A DNA stretch of 64,000 nt from Thermoplasmatales archaeon (GCA_026127935.1 JAJSLL010000007.1:4574-68573), one strand, 5' to 3'. Counted from the first letter of the stretch, positions 28,306 to 39,436 are shown. Program-made: numbers and translations. The notes: a model not told the origin generated them from the letters alone.

Positions 28306-29046
28306 CTATTCTCCCCAGATGTCTCTCTTGATCTCTTCATCCTTGACCCCTTTGGCCTTCAACTCATCGACTATGTCCTTTACGAATCTTATGCCTCCGC
28401 ACAGGTAAATCGTCCTAGAAGTATAATCACCGAGGTGGTTCTGAATCATCTGTGTGCTGATCCGACCTTTTTCCCCCTGCCATGCCCCGTTTTCGGTGTC
28501 CCTTGTTACCGTGTATATTGTGTTCAGGCCTAACCCCTTATACTCCTCTAGTTCGGCTGCATTGACTATATCTTCTCTGTGTTTTATGCTGTAGAAGAGA
28601 CAGACGTTCCTCTTCATACCCTTGCTCTTCAGATATCGGAGCATGGAAAAGAATGGTGCGATTCCTATTCCAGCAGCAAGGAAGAGGTCGTTTTGTGAAT
28701 CATCTGGTTCGTACAGGAAAGCTCCCCTCGGCTCGGAGACATATATTTCATCCCCTGCCTTCAGATTTGCCAGCCTGCTTGTGAACTTACCATTTATCAG
28801 TTCTATCATGAACTCCATGTAGTCATCCGTAGGACACGATGCGATGGAATATGAACGGAACAATTTGTCTTCAGGATTGAAAAAAAGAGAAGAGAACATG
28901 CCGGGAACGAAATCGAATTTCTGACCGTCCTTTGGCTTGAGCTTGAAACTTGCAATTTTGGGACTGTCAGGTTCACCACGAGTTAGATCTTTAATTTCAT
29001 AGATCGTGTAGGGCTTGAGGCCCATCTTTCCTAACATCAAGCGCAA
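28306..29046 (-). CDS. Ferredoxin-NADP reductase-like FAD/NAD(P) oxidoreductase
   Basis: RSYSIAS, PRGAF, AAGIGIAPF, KGRI, YLCG. Confidence 0.85.
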   Translation of the reverse strand: MRLMLGKMGLKPYTIYEIKDLTRGEPDSPKIASFKLKPKDGQKFDFVPGMFSSLFFNPEDKLFRSYSIASCPTDDYMEFMIELINGKFTSRLANLKAGDEIYVSEPRGAFLYEPDDSQNDLFLAAGIGIAPFFSMLRYLKSKGMKRNVCLFYSIKHREDIVNAAELEEYKGLGLNTIYTVTRDTENGAWQGEKGRISTQMIQNHLGDYTSRTIYLCGGIRFVKDIVDELKAKGVKDEEIKRDIWGE

Positions 29047-29125
29047 GTTATCCAGACTTTAAATAATTTTCTTGGTCGAACTAAAGCTATCACTTTTTTA
29101 AGGTTTCCTGCATTCTCTCAAGAAC

Positions 29126-31831
29126 ATGGGTGATCAGACTGAAGCAAGGGTCGAAGAAAGGATTCTAGAGGTCCTCAGAAAGAGGGGATTTAGTGATTTC
29201 ACGGATCCTCAAAGGATTGGGATACCTGAAATTCTGAAGAACCAGAACGTTCTTCTGACCTCTCCCACTGGAAGCGGTAAGACTGAGGCGGCAGTGCTAC
29301 CCGTTTTCTATAGACTCAGCGAGGTGAAAGAAGATATAAGAGGCTTCGGTGCGATCTATATTACTCCCCTCAGAGCACTAAACAGGGATGTACTCTCAAG
29401 GATAGAGTTCTACGGTAATGCATTCAAACTGGAAGTTGGTGTGAGACATGGAGACAGCAGCGAGAGTGAGAGAAGATATCAACTGCTCCATCCGCCACAG
29501 GTTCTCATAACAACACCCGAGACCCTCCAGTTGATCATTAGTGGCAAGAAGATTAGGAACCACTTGAGCACTGTAAAGTATGTGATAATAGACGAAGTCC
29601 ACGAACTCCTGAACGATGAGAGAGGCTGGCAGTTGATGATAGGACTCTCCAGGATGAAAGAGATTACTCCCGATTTTAAAATAATTGCAATCTCCGCAAC
29701 CATTGGAAATCCCGAAGAAGTGTCAAGAAACCTGTTCTTTGACAAAGATTACAGAGTCCTGAGGGCAGGCATTTCAAAACGATATGATATCAGCGTCGCA
29801 ATGCCGAACGGAGCTGCTCCCGCCTTCAAGGACATAATTGGCTCGGATGAAGACTATGCACAAATTGTGGATTACATATTCAAACTCTACAACTCCGGCA
29901 AGCAATTCATAGTTTTCTCAAATACTAGAGCCACTGCTGAAGACATAGTCATGAGACTCAGACTCGTTGATGAGAAAATTTTGGTAGAAGTCCACCACGG
30001 GTCTCTCGGGAAGGATATTAGGACGAAGATAGAAGAGGATTTCAAGAAGGGAAAATTGAGGGGGATCATCTGCACTTCAAGCATGGAACTGGGCATTGAT
30101 GTTGGTAGCGTCGATTTCGTTGCTCAGGTCAATTCTCCAAGACAGGTAATAAGATTAGTTCAGAGAGTAGGAAGGGGGAAGCACAGACTCGCAGAGGCAT
30201 CTGAGGGCCAGATAGTTGCAATGAACGAGATCGAGTCAGAGGAGGGAGCAGTGATCGCAAAATTTGCTGAAGAAAATTCCATCGAAAATGTCAAGATCAG
30301 AGACAAACCTCTGATAGTGGCGGCAAACCAGGTTATGGCAATCGTCCACTCTGAAAGACAGATCGGTTTTGAAAAAGTTCTGTCCATTCTGAACAGAGTC
30401 CAAAACTTCAGTTCGTTGTCCAAAGAGGAGTTTGAATCTCTTCTCATCTTCTTGTCTTCCATCTACGTGATAAGATACGATCCGGAAACAAAGACGATCA
30501 GGAAGAGCGGGAGGACACTCAAATATTTCATCGAAAACATTTCAATGATTCCTGACGAGAAGCGATACGTGGTGAAGGAATCGAGCACAGCGAAGATAAT
30601 CGGCTTCCTCGATGAGGGTTATGTCGCCACGGAGATCGACGTTGGTTCCACTTTCACTCTGAAAGGGAGTACGTGGCGAGTACTCAGTATTAAGGATCGA
30701 TACATCTACGTAGACTTCATCCAAGGCATATCCGTTCCCCCCAGCTGGTCTGGTGAAGAGATACCCGTCCCTTACGAAATAGCAATGGAAGTGGGGAGGG
30801 AAAGAAGGGAGGGAATTTTGGATGACAACCTTGATGATTTTACGAAGGAGAAGTTGAGAGTCTTCAGGAAAAGCGTTGCGACAGACCAGAGTATCAGGGT
30901 CGAGAAAGAGAGCGTCACAACTGTCATTCAGATCACGGCTGGGACTAAGGTGAACTATACGCTCGCGCTGATCCTCACTTTCAGACTCTCTGAAAAGTAC
31001 GGTGAATCTTTCCTCTTTGACAATTCACCCTATCACATCGTTATCCAAGGCAACACGAGGTATAGGGCTGATGAGATAGTAGATATCCTAGAGCACTTGG
31101 AAGATGAATTCCAGAATCTGAATAGGTATGTAGAAAAGTCAAGGACTTTCCAGTACAGCACAATAAACGTAGCAAAAAAATTTGGAGTGATCTCTAAGGA
31201 GAGCGATTTCACTAGAATCAGGACGGATAGGATTTTCGCAGCCCACAGGGAGACTCCGTTCTTCCAGGAAGCACTCAACAAGTTCAAATGGGACTACCTT
31301 GACCTTGAGAATCTCGCAGAGATCAGCAAACAGATCAAGTCCGGTAAAATTGTCATAGACTTTAAGGGAGCTTTCTCAGATTCGTCGAAACTGTACATGA
31401 GCAGCCTCAAGGAAAAGATGATGCCCATCAGGCCAACTGCTCCCATCCTTACTGCCGTGAGAAGAAGACTGCTCTCTGAAGAGATGGGGTTCTACTGCCT
31501 CAGTTGCCACAGGGTATTCAAGAGTAGAATTCAGGAATTGAAGGAGAGGAGATGCTTATTCTGCAGCAGTCCGAGGATTGCACCAATCAAACCCTACGAG
31601 ATAGAAAATGTTCACAAGATGAGTGCAGAAACGATGAGGAAGGTGAGAACATCTTACCATCTCCTGAGGATGTATGAAGACAAAGCACTACTCGTGCTTG
31701 CGGCTCATGGGATAGGACCTGAGAGCGCGTCCCGGATACTAGAGGTCCCAACAAAGTCAGAGAATGAATTGTTAGAGAAGATACTGATCAATGAAGTTCA
31801 GTTTGCAAAGAACAAAAGGTTCTGGTCTTAG
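29126..31831 (+). CDS. lhr: Lhr-family SF2 helicase
   Basis: PTGSGKT, TPLRAL, TTPETL, DEVH, SAT, HHGSL, ELGIDVG, QRVGRG, SMIPD, PSWSGE, C-terminal CLSC..CLFC. Confidence 0.92.
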   Translation: MGDQTEARVEERILEVLRKRGFSDFTDPQRIGIPEILKNQNVLLTSPTGSGKTEAAVLPVFYRLSEVKEDIRGFGAIYITPLRALNRDVLSRIEFYGNAFKLEVGVRHGDSSESERRYQLLHPPQVLITTPETLQLIISGKKIRNHLSTVKYVIIDEVHELLNDERGWQLMIGLSRMKEITPDFKIIAISATIGNPEEVSRNLFFDKDYRVLRAGISKRYDISVAMPNGAAPAFKDIIGSDEDYAQIVDYIFKLYNSGKQFIVFSNTRATAEDIVMRLRLVDEKILVEVHHGSLGKDIRTKIEEDFKKGKLRGIICTSSMELGIDVGSVDFVAQVNSPRQVIRLVQRVGRGKHRLAEASEGQIVAMNEIESEEGAVIAKFAEENSIENVKIRDKPLIVAANQVMAIVHSERQIGFEKVLSILNRVQNFSSLSKEEFESLLIFLSSIYVIRYDPETKTIRKSGRTLKYFIENISMIPDEKRYVVKESSTAKIIGFLDEGYVATEIDVGSTFTLKGSTWRVLSIKDRYIYVDFIQGISVPPSWSGEEIPVPYEIAMEVGRERREGILDDNLDDFTKEKLRVFRKSVATDQSIRVEKESVTTVIQITAGTKVNYTLALILTFRLSEKYGESFLFDNSPYHIVIQGNTRYRADEIVDILEHLEDEFQNLNRYVEKSRTFQYSTINVAKKFGVISKESDFTRIRTDRIFAAHRETPFFQEALNKFKWDYLDLENLAEISKQIKSGKIVIDFKGAFSDSSKLYMSSLKEKMMPIRPTAPILTAVRRRLLSEEMGFYCLSCHRVFKSRIQELKERRCLFCSSPRIAPIKPYEIENVHKMSAETMRKVRTSYHLLRMYEDKALLVLAAHGIGPESASRILEVPTKSENELLEKILINEVQFAKNKRFWS

Positions 31832-32721
31832 CCCAACTCTTTCCTCAGAGCACCAAGGGTGCCAGATTTTTCCGCATATGCATTGTGCTTGTGTATTGTT
31901 TCAAAACTCTCGCTCGTGACCTTCACGTAAACATCGTCTGGCATCTTCGCATACTGCTTCACTATGAGCTTCATTGCATCCCTTACTGCATCCTCCACGA
32001 ACTTCGGGTTCTTGTGTGCCTGGAGCACTAGCATGCCCTCCTCCTCCCTCTTTAGAAGTTCGTAGGTTGGTGCACTCATTGATTTTTCTGCTATGTCGAT
32101 TATTTCGTTCACTTCAATGTCCCACCCATCTGGGATTTCCATGAGAATGGAGACGTCATTTCTCTGATTGTGTGAAATGTAAGGCGGAGAATCGTCTCCT
32201 CTGTTCATTAGAGCAGAAACTGTCTTCATTGCGGATGGACAGACGGTGATTCCTGTGGCGGTGGCTCCTATATATCTCTTGGACTTCTCGCCGTCTTTCT
32301 GGGTGGCTCTCCCTCGAATCACGTACCTTTCGACGGTCTTCCTCCCCTTCGGGTTAGACCTTTCCAGAAAGTAATCAGCCGTCAGCTCTGCTTCAGCAGA
32401 GGAAGCATATGGGTGCCTAGTCAGAAGTTTGTTCACTATCAATTCGGCAACGTATTCAATTCCCTTAGCTCTGCCTTCTACCTCTCCTTCCACCACATCT
32501 TCAACTGCTTCAATATCCCTCGATAGATCGCTTCCCTTTCTTGATGGTGGCAGGTCTACAAATACCTTGAATGAGGGTATCAGGGTTATGTTCTTCCCCT
32601 TTCTTTCCACTGAGATCGGCCTCATCACGTTGGTGAGTCCTACCCGGTCCAGTCTGTAGTTGCTCTCTGGAGCCTCAGACTGCACATCCTTGAATTTTTG
32701 CATGTAACGGGTAGTGCTCAT
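31828..32721 (-). CDS. mptA: GTP cyclohydrolase, MptA/FolE2 family
   Basis: DVQ, VDLP..KGSDLSR, TVCP, SHNQR, LLKREEE, NPKFVED, ESFETIHKHNA. Confidence 0.88.
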   Translation of the reverse strand: MSTTRYMQKFKDVQSEAPESNYRLDRVGLTNVMRPISVERKGKNITLIPSFKVFVDLPPSRKGSDLSRDIEAVEDVVEGEVEGRAKGIEYVAELIVNKLLTRHPYASSAEAELTADYFLERSNPKGRKTVERYVIRGRATQKDGEKSKRYIGATATGITVCPSAMKTVSALMNRGDDSPPYISHNQRNDVSILMEIPDGWDIEVNEIIDIAEKSMSAPTYELLKREEEGMLVLQAHKNPKFVEDAVRDAMKLIVKQYAKMPDDVYVKVTSESFETIHKHNAYAEKSGTLGALRKELG

Positions 32722-32768
32722 TTCTTATCAAACTTTTCTTGATTTTGCGAGCAAAACTAATTGGTGCG

Positions 32769-33572
32769 TTATTTCTTTGTCACAAATGAAAGCAGTTCCT
32801 TTGAGAATGAGACGGGATCAACCGGAATCTTCTCACTCTTGTCTGGGTCCGTAGAATAACCCATATAGAAGCCCTGTGGATGAAAGAACCACTTATCGAT
32901 ATGAGCAACGTCCATGCTCTTCACTCGCTCCTTGAAATCGTTAAGATCCGGCGATTGCAATTTAGCAGTTCTCGTGACCGATAGACCTCGTTTCGAAACC
33001 TTAACGAGGAACTGCGGCGAATACAGTTGAAACAAAACATCCTTTGGAAAATCTCCATCTACCGCAAGGACCTCGTTGTTTTCGCCTCTAAACAGTATCT
33101 TTTTTTCTATCCGAGAAACTACCTTCTCGTCTTCCTCGAATTTTGTTATAAGAGAATCGAATATAGTTTTAAAAATCCTGTCAAATTCTTCCGGTTTGTA
33201 TCCTGCAACCATCAGCCCCTTGAGTGCGGTATCCAGAAGATTGTCCATCCCGTCCTTGCCAAGAACACGCCAACCTGCATTATCCTGCCAGCAGACTGCC
33301 TCTGCTAGTCTCCTCTCTGCATTTCCCATCTTAAAATATTCCACAACCTTCATCGCAGAACACGTCCAAGCTTTCGTGTCGTGATGGTCAAACCTCTGTA
33401 CTTTCGCTATACCGTGAGGCGAGTCGAGAATGTAATCAGCCTCCATTGTATCTATAACGCTGTGATCCAGATACTTGACTTCAACTTCCTTCTTCAGGGC
33501 TCTCTTCAGCAGGTAAATTGATGCAACTGAATCTAAATCTGGTGGACTAGCTACAGCGAGAACTCTTCCCAT
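32769..33572 (-). CDS. Hypothetical DHH/MYG1-like metal-dependent hydrolase
   Basis: PDLDS, RFDHHD..CSA, WQD, C-terminal WFFHPQGF; 1 bp overlap with the tal stop. Confidence 0.5.
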   Translation of the reverse strand: MGRVLAVASPPDLDSVASIYLLKRALKKEVEVKYLDHSVIDTMEADYILDSPHGIAKVQRFDHHDTKAWTCSAMKVVEYFKMGNAERRLAEAVCWQDNAGWRVLGKDGMDNLLDTALKGLMVAGYKPEEFDRIFKTIFDSLITKFEEDEKVVSRIEKKILFRGENNEVLAVDGDFPKDVLFQLYSPQFLVKVSKRGLSVTRTAKLQSPDLNDFKERVKSMDVAHIDKWFFHPQGFYMGYSTDPDKSEKIPVDPVSFSKELLSFVTKK

Positions 33573-34240
33573 CAGAACATCAGTTTCTTCTTGTCTATTT
33601 TCTTCCAGTCGTCCAGGAATCTCTTGAGACCCTCGTCAGTTTTTGGGTGGTTCATCAATTTCTTGAAAACGTCGAATGGCATGGTTGCAACATCCGCACC
33701 TATCAAGGCAGCGTCCCTGACATGAACTGGGTGTCTTATTGATGCAGCCAGGATCTTTGTTTCGATACCGTAATTGTCGTAAACTTCCCTGATGTCTTCG
33801 ATGAGGTTCATACCATCTTCGCTTATATCGTCCAATCTCCCTATGAATGGAGAAGCATAAGTGGCTCCGGCCTTTGCAACCATCAGGGCCTGATTTAGAG
33901 AAAATACCAATGTTGCGTTCGTCTCGATCTTCTGTTCCTTCAACACCTTAAGTGCTTTTAGACCTTCTATAGTAGTCGGTATCTTGACTACTACATTGTT
34001 GCCCAATTTCTTCAGTCTATTCGCCTCCTCTATCATACCGTCAGCACTGAGGGATGTCACTTCGAGAGATACCGGTCCGTCCACGATATCAAGTATCTTC
34101 TTCACAAGAGTCTTGAAGTTTGCATTCCCTGCAAGTTCCTTTGAAATTAGAGTAGGATTAGTGGTGATGCCGTCAACGCAACCCCAGGATACCCCTTCCT
34201 CGATCTCAGCTATGTTTGCGGTGTCAAGAAAGAACTTCAT
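33572..34240 (-). CDS. tal: Transaldolase (TalC/FSA-like)
   Basis: [20 protein letters not shown] (Schiff-base Lys), [22 protein letters not shown]. Confidence 0.95.
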   Translation of the reverse strand: MKFFLDTANIAEIEEGVSWGCVDGITTNPTLISKELAGNANFKTLVKKILDIVDGPVSLEVTSLSADGMIEEANRLKKLGNNVVVKIPTTIEGLKALKVLKEQKIETNATLVFSLNQALMVAKAGATYASPFIGRLDDISEDGMNLIEDIREVYDNYGIETKILAASIRHPVHVRDAALIGADVATMPFDVFKKLMNHPKTDEGLKRFLDDWKKIDKKKLMF

Positions 34241-35217
34241 TTATTCACCTTCATTATTTCTTTCACACTATTTACGATTCCCATCGGGTTCAGACTATAC
34301 TTATCCATCAATTCCCACGACTTTCCAGATTCTCCAAATGTGTCGTAGACTCCTAGCCTCTTGACTTGTACTGGATAACTTTCGGTTACAACTTCACTGA
34401 CCCTGCTGCCGAGGCCGTTGTAGATGCTATGCTCTTCTGCAGTGACTATTCTTCCAGTTTCTCTTGCGGCCTTCACTACTGAGTCCCTGTCAATGGGTTT
34501 TATCGTCGCCATGTTCAGTACTCTTGCTGATATTCCTCCTTGTTTCAGGTGGTTTGAGGCGACCTTTGCAGCTGCGACAAGAATTCCCGTTGCAATTATC
34601 GTAACGTCATCTCCATCAATAATAGTTTCTGCCTTGCCGTACCTGAAAGTATCTGAGTCGTGTATAACCGGTACCTTCTCTCTTGATAGTCGTACGTAAA
34701 AGGGTCCCCTGTTCTCATACACATATCTGATTATCTGTTCTGTTTCTCTCGCGTCTGCTGGCACAAGCACCCTCATCCTCGGTAGGCCTGACATCAACCC
34801 GATGTCCTCAAGCATCTGGTGTGTAGCTCCATCCTCTCCTACTGTCAGTCCGGCGTGAGTTGCCACTATCCTGACGTCGCTATCTGCGTAGCATACACTC
34901 TGCCGCACGAAATCATATGCTCTCCCTGTCGCAAATATCGCGAAGGAAGAAACGAATACTTTTTTACCCGTCCAGGAGAGACCTGACGCAACGCCCATCA
35001 TGTTGTTTTCGGAAATTCCGACATTGAAAAATCTATCTGGATATTTTTTCTGGAACATTGATGTGTGAGTTGAAGTGGAAAGATCTGCATCTAGAACGAC
35101 CACATTCTTGTCTATTCCAATCGAGACGAGTGTGCTTCCATACGCCTCTCTGACGCTCTTCTTATCCAGCTTATTGATTAGATCAGGGAGCCAGGAAAGC
35201 TCATTGGACATCATCAT
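34237..35217 (-). CDS. Transketolase, C-terminal subunit
   Basis: [41 protein letters not shown]. Confidence 0.95.
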   Translation of the reverse strand: MMMSNELSWLPDLINKLDKKSVREAYGSTLVSIGIDKNVVVLDADLSTSTHTSMFQKKYPDRFFNVGISENNMMGVASGLSWTGKKVFVSSFAIFATGRAYDFVRQSVCYADSDVRIVATHAGLTVGEDGATHQMLEDIGLMSGLPRMRVLVPADARETEQIIRYVYENRGPFYVRLSREKVPVIHDSDTFRYGKAETIIDGDDVTIIATGILVAAAKVASNHLKQGGISARVLNMATIKPIDRDSVVKAARETGRIVTAEEHSIYNGLGSRVSEVVTESYPVQVKRLGVYDTFGESGKSWELMDKYSLNPMGIVNSVKEIMKVNK

Positions 35218-35219
35218 GG

Positions 35220-36044
35220 TTACATCGCCTCTATGTCCCTGAGGGCCTCGTTCAGTTTCTCTTCATTGGGCACGGGCTTTCCGTGATATTCTGGGTTGTT
35301 TTCCATGAACTTTACACCTTTTCCCTTGACCGTCTTTGCGATTATCATCTTCGGGCCTTTTAACTTCTTCGCCCATTCGACTGCCCTGGCTATTTCATCG
35401 AACGAGTGACCATTTATGGTAGTGGAAGCCCAACCGAATGAAGTGAACTTAGCCTCCAGGTCACCAAGTGTCAATATTTCCTCAGTGAACCCATCCAGCT
35501 GTATCATATTCCTATCGAGGAAAACGATGAGATTTGATAACTTTAGGTGAGCAGCAGACAGTGCTGCCTCCCATATGCTTCCTTCATCGGCCTCACCGTC
35601 CCCTATGACAGCGTAAACCCTGTAGTTCTTCTTATCTATCCTTGCGGCTAAAGCGAGCCCCACTGCATTGCTTAGACCCTGTCCGAGTGACCCGGCGGTT
35701 ATGTCTACGCCCGGAACGTGATTTACCACGTGCCCCTGGAGCAGTGAACTTATTTTCCTAAAACCGAGGAGAAGACTCTTATCGAAAAATCCCTTGGTCG
35801 CAAGAACTGAATAGAGTGCAGGCGTTGCGTGTCCCTTTGAGAGAACAAATCTATCTCTATCAGGCCAGTTAGGATTCGCTGGATCTACATTCAACTCCCT
35901 GAAATATAGATAGGTGAGGATTTCCGTTACGCTTAAAGATCCGCCCGGATGACCGCTCTTTGCCTCAAAAGTCATTTTTACAATGGATTTTCTAACTTCT
36001 TTTGCTATAAATTCCAGATTCTCCGATTGCACGGACCCTTGCAC
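35220..36044 (-). CDS. Transketolase, N-terminal subunit
   Basis: SGHPGGSLS, DRDRFVLSKGH, GSLGQG, GDGEADEG, TVKGKG. Confidence 0.95.
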   Translation of the reverse strand: MQGSVQSENLEFIAKEVRKSIVKMTFEAKSGHPGGSLSVTEILTYLYFRELNVDPANPNWPDRDRFVLSKGHATPALYSVLATKGFFDKSLLLGFRKISSLLQGHVVNHVPGVDITAGSLGQGLSNAVGLALAARIDKKNYRVYAVIGDGEADEGSIWEAALSAAHLKLSNLIVFLDRNMIQLDGFTEEILTLGDLEAKFTSFGWASTTINGHSFDEIARAVEWAKKLKGPKMIIAKTVKGKGVKFMENNPEYHGKPVPNEEKLNEALRDIEAM

Positions 36045-36287
36045 GTTCCCAAATCGGCATCCGTCTTATTCAATTTTTTGTAAGTGAGCGGTACTTATAT
36101 AAAGGCATTATAGTATTATTGTCGTCAGCTTTCCATTTAAATAAAGAATATTTATGTAATTCAAAAAGACATTTGATATCGCACGTAGGAGCCGATTTAT
36201 GTGGGCTTAAATTATAATAATAAATGGACCATTATTTAACTAAGTCAAATAAACTACTTAAATAGTAGAATTCTTCTATTTATATTT

Positions 36288-36719
36288 ATGCGAAAAAGGG
36301 TAATACTCCCTAAAATATTTAGGTCTGTGAAAACGAACGAGGATAGGGAGAAATATCTCGAATCCATCGATCATTTCATAAGGGAACAAGGATACGCACG
36401 ACCTCTAGAGATTGCAGAGTTCTTGAAAGTGACACCTGCTTCCGTATCGCAGATGTTGAGCAAACTGGCGGATGATGGACTTATAAACTACCAGAAATAT
36501 AGAGGGATGACGCTTTCAGACAAAGGGAAAAAACTTCTTGACAACCTGAGCAAGAAGGAGAGTTCCATTTATGAACTTTTGAAACTGATGGGATGCGACG
36601 AAGAAACGGCTAAAGAAAGAGCTTGCTTTTTTGAGCACTTCATTGATGAAGACCTGTCTGAAAAAATGAGGTCTTTCACAAACAAAGTGAAAGAGAGCAA
36701 ACTTAAACTTCCGGCATAA
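36288..36719 (+). CDS. DtxR/MntR-family metal-dependent regulator
   Basis: EKYLESI, IAEFLKVTPASVSQML, Y.KYRGMTL, ACFFEH; start may be GTG 36327. Confidence 0.88.
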   Translation: MRKRVILPKIFRSVKTNEDREKYLESIDHFIREQGYARPLEIAEFLKVTPASVSQMLSKLADDGLINYQKYRGMTLSDKGKKLLDNLSKKESSIYELLKLMGCDEETAKERACFFEHFIDEDLSEKMRSFTNKVKESKLKLPA

Positions 36720-36991
36720 AACGTATCTTTCCGCTGGTCGCATTTACGAGATCAGATAGAAGAAACAGCTTTAGCTCTTTACAGGTATGACTGAAAGGTT
36801 GTCATTCAATTTCCGTCATTGCGTTTCAGAATCATAGGAGATTAACAAAGCGGAACGGACCCTAAAGGATCGACTAAAATTGTTCCGACGAAGGTTCACT
36901 GATACTATTCATTTTGTCTAAATTTTCATAAATAGACTAAATTCCTAATCACTCTTTTATAATCGTTAGATCTAGCATTTATGTGATCTAA

Positions 36992-38149
36992 ATGTTGGCT
37001 CAAAAACCCACCATAAATTATGGGTTAGAAGGGATTTATGTTGATGAGAGCGCCATATCAAAGGTAGACGGTCAAAACGGAAGATTGTGGTACAGAGGTT
37101 ATTCAATTGAGGAACTTGCAGATAAGTCAAACTTCGAAGAGGTCTCTTATCTCCTGATTTACGGGAAACTTCCGACTAAGGCAGAATTTGACGAATTTGT
37201 CAAGAAACTGAAAGATAGGGCAGGCCTTCCAGATGAGGTGAAAAAGATCATAAGAAAAATGGCACCCGTTGCACACCCTATGGACATTATGAGAACTGCG
37301 ACATCGATGTTGGTAATGTACGACAAGGACCCTAACAACAGGGACCTTGAATCAACAATCGACAAGATCATTACTCTGCTTGCAAAACTTCCAAGCATCG
37401 CGGCTGCAATCGGAAGATTCAGGGAAAAGAAAAGATACATAGAACCAGACAGTTCGCTGAACCTGTCTGAGAATTTTTTGTACATGTTGACTGGAAGAAG
37501 GCCAAACAAGTTCGAAGGCAAACTAATTGACCTGATGTTCATCCTTCACGCTGAACACAGCACTAATGCATCGACCTTTTCCGTTCTAGTCACCGCATCA
37601 ACCCTAGCAGACGTTTATGCCGCAACAACAACGGGTATCGGAACACTGAAAGGACCACTCCATGGAGGCGCCGATGAGGCGGCCCTGAACATGATCAAAG
37701 CAATAGGAGACCCCGACAACACAGAGAAGTACATAGAGGAAGCACTCGAAGGAAAGCAGAAAATCATGGGATTCGGTCACAGGGTGTACAAAGCATATGA
37801 TCCGAGGGCGAAGCTGGTTAGAAGTTATCTTGAGGAGAGCCTGATCAAGGAACCTACTGACGAAGTTAGGAGACTCCTTCAGATTGCCCTCAGGGCCGAG
37901 AAACTTATGATAGAAAAGCTTGGAAAATCAAAGGGAATATGGCCAAACATTGATTTCTTAGCTGGTCCACTCTACAGAGTGCTGGACATAGACAGCAAAC
38001 TCTTCACTCCGATATTCGTAGCGTCGCGGATGTCTGGCTGGGGATCACACATAGTCGAATACTGGAACAACAACAAACTCGTGAGACCTTTGGAGTACTA
38101 TACCGGTCCACTAGATATACCCTACAAACCTATCGAGTTAAGACAATAG
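36992..38149 (+). CDS. Citrate synthase (or 2-methylcitrate synthase)
   Basis: GLEG, LHAEH..NAST, GPLHGGA, MGFGHRVYK..DPR, PNIDF. Confidence 0.95.
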   Translation: MLAQKPTINYGLEGIYVDESAISKVDGQNGRLWYRGYSIEELADKSNFEEVSYLLIYGKLPTKAEFDEFVKKLKDRAGLPDEVKKIIRKMAPVAHPMDIMRTATSMLVMYDKDPNNRDLESTIDKIITLLAKLPSIAAAIGRFREKKRYIEPDSSLNLSENFLYMLTGRRPNKFEGKLIDLMFILHAEHSTNASTFSVLVTASTLADVYAATTTGIGTLKGPLHGGADEAALNMIKAIGDPDNTEKYIEEALEGKQKIMGFGHRVYKAYDPRAKLVRSYLEESLIKEPTDEVRRLLQIALRAEKLMIEKLGKSKGIWPNIDFLAGPLYRVLDIDSKLFTPIFVASRMSGWGSHIVEYWNNNKLVRPLEYYTGPLDIPYKPIELRQ

Positions 38150-38299
38150 AAAGAGTTCCAATTGGATTACCACAACTGACCGTCAACACTTAACATAAAC
38201 ACAATTAGAGGATTTTCTTTCTCAATGAAATGCTCGAAATAAATAGCTAAGATATTCTAAAAATTGAGAAAAGTTTTGAAAAATGAAGAAGATAGATGC

Positions 38300-39271
38300 T
38301 CAGATGTGGAGGTATGCGTTGACTTTGTCTACGCTCTCTTTGACGTGACCAACGGTGACATCCCAGAGTTTTCTTTCATCTTCATTAAAAGACATTTTGT
38401 AAATTTGTTCCACTCCGGACTTTCCAATCTTGATAGGCACTCCGACGAATAATCCATCGGCTCCATAGTACTTTCCAAGTTCCCCATCCAGTAAAACAGG
38501 AGAAGTGACTACCCTCTTCTTGTCTTTCAGAATCGATTCCACCATTACAGTTACTGCTATTCCCGGTGCGTAGTATGCAGAACCAGTCTTCAGGTAAGAG
38601 ACAATTTCTCCCCCGCCGCCTCTAGTCCTTGTTACGATTGCGTCAATCTTCTCCTTTGGAAGAAGTTCTGTGATCGGTATTCCTCCAACAGTGCAGTACC
38701 TAACAAAAGGAACCATGTCGTCCCCATGCCCTCCAATTACGAATGCGACCACATCATCGACGGACACTCCGAGTTCCTTGGCCACAAACGTTCTGAACCT
38801 TCCGCTGTCTAGGGTACCACCCATTCCCATTATCTTGTGCTTCTTTGGAGAAATTGTCTTGTATGTTGCATAGGTCATTATATCCATTGGATTCGTCACA
38901 ACGAGTATCGTTGCGTTCGGGGAGTATTTCTTTATGTTTTCTGCCGCACTCTTTATGATATCCACATTCTTGTAAAGAAGGTCATCTCTACTCATCCCTG
39001 GCTTTCTGGCGAGCCCTGCAGTGATTACTACTACTTCTGAGTTCTTCAGATTCTCGTAGTTCTCTCCGTTAGGTCCTACAGTGTAACCTTCCATGAATGA
39101 GTCTGAGCCCCAGTGAGGCATTGCTTCCATTATGTCGAGACTCTTTCCCTTTGCCACTCCATCAACTACATCGAACAGGTATATGTCCGCAAGTTCCTTG
39201 ATTGCGATGTGTTCTGCGACCATTGCCCCTACTTGGCCAGCGCCTATTACAGAAACTTTTGGTAAAGACAT
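38300..39271 (-). CDS. mdh: Malate dehydrogenase (LDH-like)
   Basis: IGAGQVG, TAGLARKPGMSRDDL, VTNPMD, LDSGRF, GGHGD, GSAYYAP. Confidence 0.95.
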   Translation of the reverse strand: MSLPKVSVIGAGQVGAMVAEHIAIKELADIYLFDVVDGVAKGKSLDIMEAMPHWGSDSFMEGYTVGPNGENYENLKNSEVVVITAGLARKPGMSRDDLLYKNVDIIKSAAENIKKYSPNATILVVTNPMDIMTYATYKTISPKKHKIMGMGGTLDSGRFRTFVAKELGVSVDDVVAFVIGGHGDDMVPFVRYCTVGGIPITELLPKEKIDAIVTRTRGGGGEIVSYLKTGSAYYAPGIAVTVMVESILKDKKRVVTSPVLLDGELGKYYGADGLFVGVPIKIGKSGVEQIYKMSFNEDERKLWDVTVGHVKESVDKVNAYLHI

Positions 39272-39361
39272 TTTAGATCACAATACTTAATTATAGAACA
39301 GTGCAAAAACCTTTCACTCTAAGGCAATAATTAAAACGTGGAAAATATACGGAAGATGCAA

Positions 39362-39436
39362 GGGCGCATGGCCTAGTTTGGATAGGGCAATGGCCTCCTA
39401 AGCCATAGGTCGAGGGTTCAAATCCCTCTGCGCCCG
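39362..39436 (+). tRNA. tRNA-Arg (anticodon CCT), no intron, no encoded CCA
   Basis: Acceptor GGGCGCA/TGCGCCC, anticodon arm ATGGC-CTCCTAA-GCCAT, T arm GAGGG-TTCAAAT-CCCTC. Confidence 0.95.
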
